64,000 bases of DNA, from the NCBI RefSeq assembly GCF_009914755.1, contig NC_060931.1, one strand, 5' to 3'. The translations under genes were made by a program, and so were the position numbers. The DNA comes from the human T2T-CHM13v2.0 reference genome, Homo sapiens. Positions within the stretch are counted from its first letter, which is position 1. Every line of letters starts with the position of its first letter. The notes under the pieces were generated by a model that saw nothing but the letters and a program-made list of their open reading frames with translations, ran no database searches and was not told where the DNA came from. Of this stretch, positions 28,565 through 41,770 are shown one piece after another.

Positions 28565-29432
28565 GGTCTTTGAGGAATCACCACACTGTCTTCCACAATG
28601 GTTGAACTAATTTAAACTCCCACCGACAGTGTAAAAGCATTCCTTTTTCTCTGCAACCTCACCAGCATCTGTTGTTTTTTGACTTTTTAGTAATAGCCAT
28701 TCTGACTGGTGTGAGATGGTTTCTCATTATGGTTTTGATTTGCATTTCTCTAATGATTAGTGATGTTCAGCTTTTTTTTCATGTTTGTTGGGCACATGTA
28801 TGTCTTCTTTTGAAAAGTGTCTGTTCATGTCCTTTGGCCTCTTTTTAATGGGTTTGTAGAAATACCATTTGATTCAGCAATCCCATTACTGGATATATAC
28901 CCAAAGGAATATAAATCATTCTATTATAAAAATACATGCACATGTATGGTCATTGCAGCACTATTCACAATAGCAAAGGCATGGAATCAGTCTAAATGAC
29001 CATCAGTCATAGATTGGATAGAGAAATTATGGTCCATATACAGCATGGAATACCATGCATCTGTAGAAAGGAGTGAGATCATGTCCTTTGCAGGGACTTG
29101 GATGGAGCTGAAAGCCATTATTCTCAGCAAACTAATGCAGAGAGAGAAAATTAAACACCGCATGTTCTCACTTATAAGTGAGAGCTGAATGATGAGAACA
29201 CATGGACACACTGGGAGGAAACAGCACACACTGGGGCCTGTTGGAGAAGAGTGGTGGGGGGAGGGAGAGCATCAGGAAGAGTAGCTAATGGATTCTGGGC
29301 TTAATACCTAGGCAATGAGATGATCTGTGCAGCAGACCACCATGGTACACATTTAGCTGTGTAACAAACCTGTGCATTGTGCACATGTACCCCTGAACTT
29401 AATATAAATATTGAAGGAAAAAAATACAAAAA
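28565..29432 (+). mobile_element. L1PA (L1PA11-13-like), 5'-truncated and 5'-inverted
   Basis: 28565-28857 is antisense ORF2-end sequence; 28858-29432 is sense ORF2 end + 3' UTR + A-rich tail; TSD aaattctag(a/g)gtgg at 28553 and 29433. Confidence 0.92.
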
Positions 29433-30639
29433 AAATTCTAGGGTGGACTTTGGAGAAGATGGAGGGCAGGGAGATTCTAAGAACAAATTTTTGTGACACT
29501 CTAAAAACAAATGAAAGTGACATTAGTCATTGAGCTTTTGAATTTTTTCTGGTAGGACTTTACCTGCAACTAAAGAAAAAAGATGGACAACCTTTAATCT
29601 TGTATCACATCAATACTGTCATTACCTTGTATAAAATTTCCATTTAATGCATGTTCTTTAACTATCTGAGTGATAACAGGTGAATGACATTTTTGTATAT
29701 GCGTATGTGGCTTACATATTTCCCAATTCTGCAAACTACCATGAAGTTAGTATTAGAAACTTACTTTGTTATGGTTAGATGAGTTAAAGGAGGGAAATTA
29801 GATGCACTGTATATACGTATGTCCCCGAGAGTGCACTTTCCATGAATGATGGCTTGCATCTTCTCATTTTCCTAGATTTTTCACTTCTATCACTATCATG
29901 CAAATAATTACAAATAGCAAATAATTTTAAATGTCAGTAAGCTAGTCTTGAGAGCATGCAGCATTTACTGTCATAGAGCAAAATAAATTAAGTAGAAGAT
30001 GAAGTCTTCTGCCTTCATGAAGTTAGCATTCAGTAGAGAAGTTGGGACAAAAAAAATATGAAATATTTGTTGCCATCTACAAGAGAAATGTGGAACTACA
30101 ACCATTTGCAGTGATCCTCAAGTCCTGAAGTGGGGCAGGAGTCAATGTGGCCACTGGTTCCAGGAATGGCCTGGAGAACTACAGGCAGATTGTCTGAAAG
30201 CAGAGAGCATATCAACCTTCTCCTCTCTTCATGGGTAACAGATGCACCATTAAAATGTGAACATCACACATGTAAATCTTAGACTTTAATGTTTTTATAA
30301 CTGCAAAAGTATAGCTTAATTAGACATATATAATGAACCTATCCTATATGTAGGATATATATCCTACATACCCTAAGGTGCATGAAACATAGGAATGACT
30401 TCAGAAATATCAAAATTAGGAATCCTTCTCTGTTGCCATGTTTTGAAGGTAAGATTTTTGGAGTTGTATATAATTCATTTTTTAACACTTTGAATGTATT
30501 ACTTTGTCTCAAGCCTACTTAACACCAAAGCACATTCATAAAAGCACTTAGCTAATTGTGAAAGCTAGTAATAACTAGGGAATCTGAACCTGAAATCACA
30601 TACTTTTTTTTTTTATTTTTGTTGATTATTAAAAGAGAA

Positions 30640-31915
30640 ATTAAGTTATTTGCTCATGTTTATATTATGGTAGGTAAATTTAACTCCCAAACCACAATCT
30701 TACATAGGTAGACTTGCACCACGGGACTTTGCTGTACACATTATTTCATCACCCAGGTATTAAGCCTAGTCCCCATTAGCTATTTCTTCGTGACCGTCTC
30801 CCTCTTCCATCCTCCACCCCAGTGTGTGTTGTTCCCCTCTATCTGTCCATGTGTTCTCCTCATTTAGCTCCCACTTACAAGTGAGAACATACAATAATTG
30901 GTTTTCTGTTCCTGCATTAGTTTGCTAAGGATAATGGCCTCCAGCTCTATGTTCCTGCAAATGACATGACCTTGTTCTTTTTTATGACTGCATAGTATTC
31001 CATGGTATATATGAACCACATTTTCTTATCCAGTCTACTGTTGATGAGCATTTAGGTTGATCCTGTGTCTTTGCTGTTGTGAATACTACTGCAGTGAGCA
31101 TATGCATGCATGTGTCTTTATAATAGAACAATTTATATTCTTTTGGGTATATACCCAGTAATGGGATTATTGGGTTGAATGGTATTTCTGTTTTTAGGTA
31201 TTTGAGGAATTGCCACACTGTTTTCCAGAGTGGTCAAACTAATTTACCACCACTACCAATAGTGTATAAGCATTCCTTTTTCTCCAAAACGTTGCCAACA
31301 CTTGTTATTTTTTAACTTTTTATAATAGCCATTCTTAATGGTATGAGATGGTATCTCATTGTGGTTTTCATTTTCATTTTTCTAATGATCAGTGATACTG
31401 AGCTTTTTTTCATATGCTTGTTGGCCACATGTGTGTCTTCTTTTGAAAAGTGTCTGTTCATGTCCTTTGCCCATGTTTTAATGGAATTGACAAACCACAA
31501 TCTTGATTGCTTAATACAATAAAGGATTATTTCTCACCATGTCACCATCCAGTTTGAGTTAGTATTCGTGGTAAGGGGACAGGTGTTGGGAACCTTTGCT
31601 CTGCCCAATCTTTTAGGAATTCCGATTTCTTCCACTGATAGGCTTCACTATCAAGGAAGGCTGTGGAGTCCCCAGTGGATCCTCTGCATTTGGCCTGGAA
31701 ACAAGGGAGGAAGAAGTGTGGAGGATTGTGTTGAAGGGTTCATTTTTCATCCAGAACTGGAGGTGCTAGCCATCACCTCTGACCACCTTTCCTTAGCCAA
31801 AATTTAATCATGTCATTCCACTTAACTTAAAGGAGCCTGGGAAATGTAATCTAGCCCTTTGCTGGGGAGGAAAAGAAAACAGAGTTTTGAAACATGCAGC
31901 ACTGCTTCTGCCATA
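30640..31915 (-). mobile_element. MLT1 (MaLR) LTR, interrupted by L1PA
   Basis: gcttaatacaataaaggattatttctca...catcacctctgaccacctttccttagccaaaattt...ctgggaaatgtaatct...ctgccata. Confidence 0.7.
30702..31489 (-). mobile_element. L1PA (L1PA13-16-like), 5'-truncated, lacking poly(A) tail
   Basis: tacataggta...ttatttcatcacccaggtattaagcctag...gaaaagtgtctgttcatgtcctttgccc; perfect TSD caaaccacaatctt at 30688-30701 and 31491-31504. Confidence 0.92.
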
Positions 31916-32989
31916 GTGTTTAAACATCATGCATTGATGTAAAATTTTCTGGACTTTCAATATACATCAAAAGTTTCCAGCTTAACACAAAGTCAAATGA
32001 AAAAGGAATGGCCAAAAACATAACAAACAAGAAGGAAGGCATATCAAATAAATTGGTGAATTTGGAAGCACCTATTTTAAAAGAAATGGCTGTCCAAAGA
32101 CAGTTCTAGTGGAAATGAAAGGCAAGTAACTCTATTTCAAATCTTGGACTAAATGGAATAGTGTAAAGAGTTACCTATCTAGGAATCCTCATTAAGTAGC
32201 CATACACCCTTGGACTATTCACTTATCTTCTCTAAGACTTGATTGCCTTGTATGAATAGTGGACATAATGCTAATATATGTTTTCATGCTTGCTTTGAAG
32301 CAAACAATTATATATTTGAGGGTGTTTGTGAAATATTAATTGCTAAACAAGTTTTCTTTCAGGCTAGTTGCATTAAGGAAAAATTACTTCCAAGACCACC
32401 TGTAATATTCACCTATGACTCATGAATTTCCAGTTGGCTAGAGTAGCATAGAAAGGCTTTCAGATTTGTAAAATCAAGGTTTATCTGAGGTAACCTTTGC
32501 TGCTTGTTGGAAGTATGTAGCTGAGTAATTGTTCAAAAATAGCAGGTTATTTTGAGGTAGAACATATGTTCTTTAACAAATAAAATAAGTGTTCTGAAGG
32601 GAAATTTTATAGCATATTTAATCACACACTTAAAATAATTTAAATCTGGCAGTTTAGAGCACTGTGTACTTTGATATGATTTTTTAAGTGCTTTATTAAG
32701 TGCAGTAATACTAAGGTGAGTACTATTGTGTGGATTTGCATTTTATGAGTAGCTCTTTTCAACTTCTGTAAAGAAAAACCATGTCATGAATAACCAAAAC
32801 TGAAAAATGTAGACTAAACATTTTTTATATTTGATATGTTTTATAAAATTATGAATATATGCTTTTTATATACACACATATACATATATAAATTATAGGT
32901 ATGATAAAAGTGACTTGTTTCATAAGTCAAACAAGCAAAGAACCCTTTTTTATTTATATCAACCTGTTAATGCATGCCTCTTGGTTGTT

Positions 32990-33480
32990 GGATGTATTCA
33001 TTTAATAGACATTTAAAGACTAAGTTGTTGTTGGTAGTAGGGAGCCCAGTAGGTGTTTTCAGGATATTAACAAAAAGCAGCCATAACTTCCAGCACAGAG
33101 CTAAACACATAGCTGATATTCATACACAAGAAAAATAAAATGTAGTCAAGCCAGTATTTTGGAATTGGTCAGGAGACAGATAAGTGGTATAAATATGGCA
33201 GAGTGAGATTCTTTTTAGGTTGGAGAGCCGGGCAAGACAACATCATGAGGAAGGAAGTTTTTCATTGATTCTTGGAGAATGGGAAAAATTTAGTCATGTG
33301 ACAGCCATAAGTCAGACAGGGAGCATGGTATGAGCAAGACAAAGGGAGGAGCTGTTTGATTTGCCTGGAGAATTAAATAAGTACAAGAATATTGGAAAAT
33401 TATTCAGCTCGGAAACATAGGTTGTGGCCAGACTGTGGATAACCTTAAAAGCCCACAGCTTTATGGATAGTTTTGATGAT
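32990..33480 (-). mobile_element. L2 fragment
   Basis: tattcatttaatagacattta...gaggaaggaag...ttggagaatgggaaaaattt...ggccagactgtggataacctt. Confidence 0.5.
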
Positions 33481-33499
33481 GTGACATTGATGAGTTTTC

Positions 33500-33816
33500 T
33501 TTTCTTTTTCTTTCCTTTTTTTTTTTTTTTTTTTTGGAGATGGAGTCTCGCCCTGTTGCCCAGGCGGGCGCGCGGTGACGTGATTTCGGCTCACTGCACC
33601 CTCTGCCTCCAGGTTTCAAGCGACTCTCCTGCCTCAGCCTCCTAGGTAGCTGGGATTACAGGCACGCACCATCACGCCCAGCTAATTTTTGTATTTTGGG
33701 TAGAGACGGGGTTTCACCATGTTGGCCAGGATGGTCTCGATCTCTTGACGTCGTGATCTGCCCGCCTCGGCCTCCCAAAGTGTTGGGATTATAGGTGTGA
33801 GCCACCATGCCTGGCC
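33500..33816 (-). mobile_element. AluSc
   Basis: Minus strand GTCAAGAGATCGAGACCATCCTGGCCAACATGG; 16-bp TSD acattgatgagttttc at 33484 and 33819. Confidence 0.92.
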
Positions 33817-34693
33817 CAACATTGATGAGTTTTCACAACTCATCATGTGATGTGATTAAGGAAGCATTGAAAGCACAGTTTAAAAAGCCTTAATTGCTGA
33901 GATGATTTCATGATTATTGTTGTTTCTTTAGAAACCTTGACATCTCAGCATATCTAGGACTTCTTCTCCCGATATCTTGAAGAGCTAATTTTGTTTGCCC
34001 CCGTTTTTAGGTTTCCACTTCCTATTTTTATGTTGCGTATCTGAGATTATTATATAATGCCCCGTATTTTAGGGTTCCTACAAAAGATAGTAATGCTGTT
34101 GCTTAAGCAGAAAGTAATATTGATTCTGACTACGTGGAAAGTGGGGTGGTAGGTGAAGTGAGGAACACACAAAGATATAAAACCATGATGTTATAATAAT
34201 AATAATACTGCATAACATTTGGGGAATAGCAAATAAATAGGATAGAAAATACAATTCTGTAGGAGTTTGGAGCTGTGATTGGATTTTAGAGGAGCTAGAT
34301 GGAAGAGTTGAAAGGACCTCTAACTCCAAAACTGAGTAATGAAATTGATGGTGTATTATCAAGGAGCTTCAGGTAAATCATGCAGCCAATGAAGAGCCTT
34401 TTCTACCTCTCCAACTAGTGTTTCTGTGGCATTGCTTTAGCATAATTCATTGTCATCAGTAATGGGAACAATCATAAGGAATTTTTGAAGCTGAATCTTT
34501 TAAAAAGTAATTGTGTTAATAAAAATTTTAGTTGCTTTATAGTTTTTGCAACAGATAATGGTGGAATGTTTAGGAACTGTGGTGGGTATATTTTCTGTTT
34601 CTTAAAAGTTGAACAATTCCGTTCTTTTATTTTCTAGTTCCATTGCTCTCTTATTTGAACAGGATTTTAAGTTTGTTTAAAATACATAAATGT

Positions 34694-34979
34694 GGCTGGG
34701 CACAGGGGCTCATGCATGTAATCCCAGCACTTTGGGAGGGCAAGGTAGGGGGATTGCTTGAGCCCGAGAGTTTGAGACCAGACTGGGCAACATAGTAAGG
34801 CCACATCTCTACAAAAAGTAAAAAAAAATAACCAGGCATGGTGGTGCATATCTGAGGTCCCAGCTACTTGGGAAACTGAGGTGGGAGGATTGCTTGAGCC
34901 TGGGAGGTTGAAGCTAGAGTGAACCGTGATTATACCACTGCACACCAGCCTGGGTGACAGAGTGAGACCCTGTCTCAAA
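34694..34979 (+). mobile_element. AluJ with tail replaced by (TG)n
   Basis: ggattgcttgagcccgagag...gggcaacatag; TSD aaata(c/t)ataaatgt at ~34680 and 35034 encloses the TG array. Confidence 0.9.
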
Positions 34980-34980
34980 T

Positions 34981-35000
34981 TGTGTATGTGTGTGTGTGTG

Positions 35001-35031
<31 letters not shown>
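34981..35031. repeat. (TG)n microsatellite
   Basis: Direct reading. Confidence 0.95.
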
Positions 35032-35034
<3 letters not shown>

Positions 35035-35078
35035 AATATATAAATGTAACAAAACAAAAATAAGAGAAGAAAACATTG

Positions 35079-35230
35079 GGTCAGGTGTGGTGGTTCACAC
35101 CTGTAATTCCAGCACTTTAGGAGGCCTAAGTGGGTGGATTGCTTGAGCTCAGGAGGCGGAGGTCGCAATAAGCTGTGATTGCGCTACTGCACTCCAGCCT
35201 GGATGACACAATGAGACCACCCTGTCTCTC
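35079..35230 (+). mobile_element. Monomer-length Alu (left-arm 5' part joined to right-arm 3' part)
   Basis: Left-arm cacacctgtaattccagcacttt runs into right-arm gaggcggaggtcgca...actgcactccagcctgg without the A-rich linker. Confidence 0.8.
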
Positions 35231-35233
35231 TGA

Positions 35234-35303
<70 letters not shown>
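35225..35303. repeat. Compound (CT)n(CA)n microsatellite
   Basis: Direct reading. Confidence 0.95.
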
Positions 35304-35305
<2 letters not shown>

Positions 35306-35779
35306 GAAAAAAAGAAAAAGTAGCATAAATTAAAGATGAAGTTCTACATAGAATCCAGGTGCTAAGGTACTATCCATTTTGTATAAATAAATGACCCACA
35401 TACTTGTCTCTTGAGTTTTCTGTTAGCCACACAAAAGAGTGAACGGTAGGAGGTTTATAAGATTGGCACTGTCTGTAGTATAAAAACAAACCAGCTACTC
35501 AGAAAGAGCACAACCCTTCCTAATACCAACTCTAGGCAGAAATAAATCTTTTCTGTAGGTTCTCTGAGAGAAGCCCCATAGAATGTAATGAGTAATGAAT
35601 ATCCTTAAAAACATCCTTACAAGTAGATAGAGAAAACTTGTTTTAGTACTTTAAAAATACATGTTTATAATGCTTTGGGCTAATTGCATAATGCCTAAGC
35701 ATCATCCAGAAAAAACTTTTACAGAGGTCAAAAAAATGTGCACTAGACACAAACTGTAAGGGAGGGACTTAGAGCCGGG

Positions 35780-35900
35780 CCAGTCAGTGTCAGTTCACAC
35801 TGCAGCATCATCTGTGGCCTCGTTAGAAAGGCAGACTCTCCAACCCCATCTCAGACCCACTGAATCATAACCTTCAAGGCACTGTTGAGAAGCACATATT
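35780..35900. mobile_element. MER5-like fragment
   Basis: gcagcatcatctg...gttagaaaggcagactctccaaccccatctcagacccactgaatca. Confidence 0.55.
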
Positions 35901-36185
35901 AAAGTATCTAAGTTGACTTAAAAGACAGTTAGATAAGCCTTCATGAATCATATTTCCCTTAACTGAGTTTAGATAAACATTATGGAGCAGTAAATTTGGA
36001 GATTTTTCTTTGTGAAAAGGAAATGAAATAAATATAAATTCTTTTACTGGTTAAGCGTAGATCTATTGCTTTTGCCTTTACCCAAACATTGGGAAGGGTG
36101 TTAGACATTCAGTTACTATCTAATATGGGTGAAGCACTGGGTTAAATGAGAGATGTAAAGATGAACAAGACAGACATGGTAACTG

Positions 36186-36382
36186 TTTCTTTTCTTTATT
36201 TTTTATTTCAGTAGGCTTTTGGGGAACCGGTGGTGTTTGGTTAAACGAATACTGTTCTTTAGTGGTGATTTCTGAGATTTTGTTGCATCCATTACCCCAA
36301 GCAATGTACACTGTACCCAGTGTGTAGTCTTTTGTCCCTTACCCCAGTCCCACCCTTTTTCCCAAGTCCCCAGAGTCCATTA
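36186..36382 (-). mobile_element. L1PB 3' end
   Basis: ttttggggaaccggtggtgtttggtta...gttctttagtggtgatttctgagatttt...gtccccagagtccatt. Confidence 0.85.
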
Positions 36383-36795
36383 GCAGGGGCAATTTAGTTG
36401 CAAACAAGTTGAGGGAAGGAAACTACAAGGTATAAACAAAGTGCTGTGATGGTTATTTCTATTCTCTAGATTTTATACAGAAGAAGAAACTAGCTCAGAG
36501 AAATAACTTGGTTTAGATTACACAGCTAATATGTTACAAAGTTAAGAATTGAACTCAAGGTCTATGTGATACTAAATTCAGTTTACACTTCTGAAATATA
36601 GCTTCTTGAAAGAAAAGAAAGGGAAAACTATTCAGAAAGTGAGAAAAATCATACTATAAATCAGTAGCTTCTCTATTCAACTCCAGTATTTTAGACAATG
36701 TAATAATTTTGAATTACATCTCCTGGAGCAAGTGCTGTTTTTAGTTAATATAAACTGAGGTGACTCTTGCAGTTTTCCTCAGGAGGTAATAATAA

Positions 36796-37130
<335 letters not shown>

Positions 37131-37222
37131 TAAATTTTGCCAAAATAAACAGTGCCATGATTGCAGTCCCCTGCCACCCCCCAATAAAAGTAAGATTTTA
37201 TTGATATATGAAGACAAGCCTG

Positions 37223-37519
37223 TTTTTTCTTTTTTGAAACAGGATCTTGCTCTTTCCCCCAGGCTAGAGTGCAGTGGTGCAGTCTCAGCTCACAGCAACC
37301 TCTGCCTCCCAGGCTCCAGAGATCCTCCCACCTCAGCCTCCTGAGTAGCTGGGACTACAGGTGTGCACCATCATGCCTGGCTAATTTTTAGTATTTTTTT
37401 GTAGAGATAGAATCTCACCATGTTACCCAGACTGGTTTCAAATTGCTGGACTCAAGGGATTCACCTACCTCAGCCTCCCAAAGTACTGAGATTACAGGCG
37501 TGAGCCATCATGCCCGGCC
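37223..37519 (-). mobile_element. AluJ (Jb-like)
   Basis: gatcctcccacctcagcctcc; TSD acaagcc(t/a)gtttt at 37214 and 37521. Confidence 0.9.
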
Positions 37520-38158
37520 AACAAGCCAGTTTTATCCTCAAGTGTTGTGTGAGGATTCATGAAGTGTTTAGCACACAGCAGGTTTTCAATAAATATTGAT
37601 TGAGGAAAAGAATTTAATATTTACCCTTTAGATCACCTTTCGAGCCCACTTTTATTGGGTAATAAAAGAGTAGAATGAAAGGAATATATTTAGAATTTTA
37701 AAAATCTTACCTCTTTTAGAAACATTTTATAGTATACCAGTCGTCATGACAATATGTGAACTCCCCATCACTATGTACTTCATACTTCAGTTGGCATTGG
37801 CCACAGTTTCCCCCATATCATACTGATATGTATATTTGTCTTATATTCCCACAATAGTATGAGCCTTTTAGAGAGATCTTTATATTTTTCTTTCCTATAT
37901 GGGCTACTGTTAGGTGTGTGTACTCAGAAGATGGTCATTAAGTATTTAAATGAAGAATGAATGATGATCACTACAATTATTTTAAGTCAAATCTGATCTA
38001 GCAACCTGTGCCTTTATAGTGAGTTCCCAATGGCTGCCTTTTAAACCTGGTCAAAGCCTTGCTAGTCAAAGATGATCTATGACCATGCTTCTGAGTATTT
38101 TTAGTATTGCTGTTGAGAGGGCTAGCATTTACGGGGTGCTAATTCTGTGACAGACACT

Positions 38159-38470
<312 letters not shown>

Positions 38471-38873
38471 AACAGACACTATTTAAAACATTATTTCCTT
38501 TAGTCAGTACAACAGTCCTAGGAACTCTTACTGTCTGTAGTGGAGATAGGGAAACAGGTTTATAAGGAATTAATAATTTATTGCTCAAGAGTAAGAGTAA
38601 ATGAATAACTAGGAGATAATGAATGTCCTGGCCATTTATTCTCAAAGAGCATGAATATACAGAATAGGCTGATTTGAGACATTATACTGCTTTCTTCCTG
38701 GAAACTGACTTTGGTGGAATGGTCAAGCTCTTACTTTAGAAGTCATAAAGAGCTGTGTATGGAGAAGGTAACAGTCGGTATGTTAAAACAACAGATCCGG
38801 CCATAGAATAGGTGCCTAATGGTTCTGAAATATAAGCAAACATGCTGGACAACTTTATCATTATTTCTGGCAT

Positions 38874-39185
38874 GGCTGGCTCTGGGGCTCATGTTTGTAA
38901 TCCCAACTCTCTGGGAGGCCGAGGCAGGGAGATTGCTTGAGCCTAGGAGTTTGAGACCAGCCCGGGCAACATAACGAAACCATGTCTTTACAAAAAATTA
39001 AAAAAAAAATTGGGTGTGCATGGTGATGCAGGCCTATAGTCCCAGCAGCTCAGGAGGTTGAGGTGAGAGGATTGGTTGAGCCTGGAAGTTCGAGGTTGCA
39101 GTGAGCCATGATCATGTCACTGCACTCCAGCCTGTGTGGCAGAGCAAGACCCTGTCTCCAAAATAAAAAATAAAATAAAATAAAA
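38874..39185 (+). mobile_element. AluJ (Jo-like)
   Basis: gattgcttgagcctaggagtttgagaccagcccgggcaacata; (TAAAA)n tail. Confidence 0.88.
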
Positions 39186-41099
39186 CATAGTTGTTTCTGA
39201 CTTAGCAGAATGTGTTATATTGGAAACTCTATGCTTCTGTGAATCCAGTACTGCAACTCTCTCCCACTCATTTAAGAATAAATCCTTAAGAATCCCAAGA
39301 AATAAACATATACCACAGTTCAGTCCATTGGGCCAGTATATTTATAGGATAGTCACACAAGTCCAGAAACTGTCAGGCTGTTACTCTGTGAGAATAATGG
39401 GAAGGGTTCTTATCTTCATTCCCACTCCAAAGTAAGGTTTACTTTCTAGAAGTGAGATGCAATATAAAGTACCCACGCAAAAGGTTTGAGGCTTATGCAG
39501 AAAACAAGCATGGATTAGGATAGTTAGGGTTTCATGGAGCATACTTTTTCCATTAACACCAAGAAGATAAATTTAGTTGTCTTTTTCTGCTAGAGCTTTG
39601 TGGAATGGAGTTAGTGAAGTAAAAGGCATATTCCCTTCGTTTTTGTTGCAGAAATAAATGGGCGAGGACACTTTAAAGATTTCGTGTGTGCATTGTGGCT
39701 ACTTGTCCTAAACATAAAATCATACAACTAAATGAAAATCTCTCTTTCAATTCATTTTAACATAGTGATTTGCTGCTTATTAGTGCAATCTGGCAAAAAA
39801 TGTTAGCCAAGCAGCTAATATTTTGTTTACATTTTTGCCCTAGCAAAGATATAACAAATCCCCTAATGTACACCTCTTACTCAGGTATTATTGTAAAAAT
39901 CAACAAGGACCATTTGAACACTGATAATACTAAAAACTGTCGGTTCCCTTATTGTTTCTTTAAAAATAAAACCAAAACAAAGCAATTAACTGCAAAGGGC
40001 TATATTAACCCAAAGCAAAGTTTACATATTTAAACATAGGGGAGTAAGGAAGTACAGAAGTTAAACAACAAGAGAGATAATCTTGAAAGTGGCAAAAGTG
40101 ACTTATCTCACTTAAAAGAGTCTCAATAAGGCTGACAGCTGATTTCTCTTCAGAGACCATGGAGGTTAGAAGACAGTGGCATGACATATTCAAAGTGCTG
40201 AAGGAAAGGCTATCAAGCAAAAGTTCTATCTGTAGAAAAACTCCTCCAATTTTTAAGGAGAAATTAAGGCATTTCCAGATAAACATAACCTGAGAGAATT
40301 TTCCACTAGTAGACCTGTTCTACAAGAAATACCAATGGAAGTCCTTCAGGCTGAAATAAAAGGGTATTAGATCACAATTCAAATCCACATGAAGAAATAA
40401 CACTAATAAGGTAACTGCATAGGTAAATATAAAAGACAGTATAACTGTATTTTTGTTTGTAACATTTTTTCTTCTGTCTGATTTAAAATACAATGACATT
40501 AAAGCAATAACGATAAAACTATGTGTTTGGCTAATAGTGTATTCAGAAGTAATTTGTGTAACAATAACACAAAGAAGAGGGTAGAGAACAGAGCTATTTA
40601 GAAGCAAGATTTTATATACTATTGAAATTAACTTGGTATTAATTCTACCTACATTGTTATAAATTGAGATAATATTAATCACCAGGGATTAAGAAAACAA
40701 CTAAAATGCATACTAATAGAAATAACAAGGGAATTAAAATGATACATTATAAAATACAGATTTTTTATAAAAGAAGGCAATAATAGAGAGAGGACAAAAA
40801 GACAACATATAGAAAACAAATAACAAAATGGTAGACATAAATCCTACCTTATGAGTAATTTATTTAATGTAAATGTATTAAATAGTCCAATAAAAAAAGC
40901 AGATGTTGAAAGAATGGATAAGAAAATATTATCTATTTGTATTCTCTATGTAAGAGACACATATGAGATTCAGAGACACAAATTAGTAAAAGAATGTAGA
41001 AAGTAAAAGAATGGAGGAAGATATGCCATGCAAACAGTGACTGAAAGAGAGCTGACTACACTAATATCAGTATGTTGTGTATCAGACACAATAGATTTT

Positions 41100-41770
<671 letters not shown>

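Noticed and set aside
28817-31500. ORFs resembling the L1 ORF2 C-terminus ([24 protein letters not shown])
   Set aside because: Short degenerate remnants of truncated L1PA copies.
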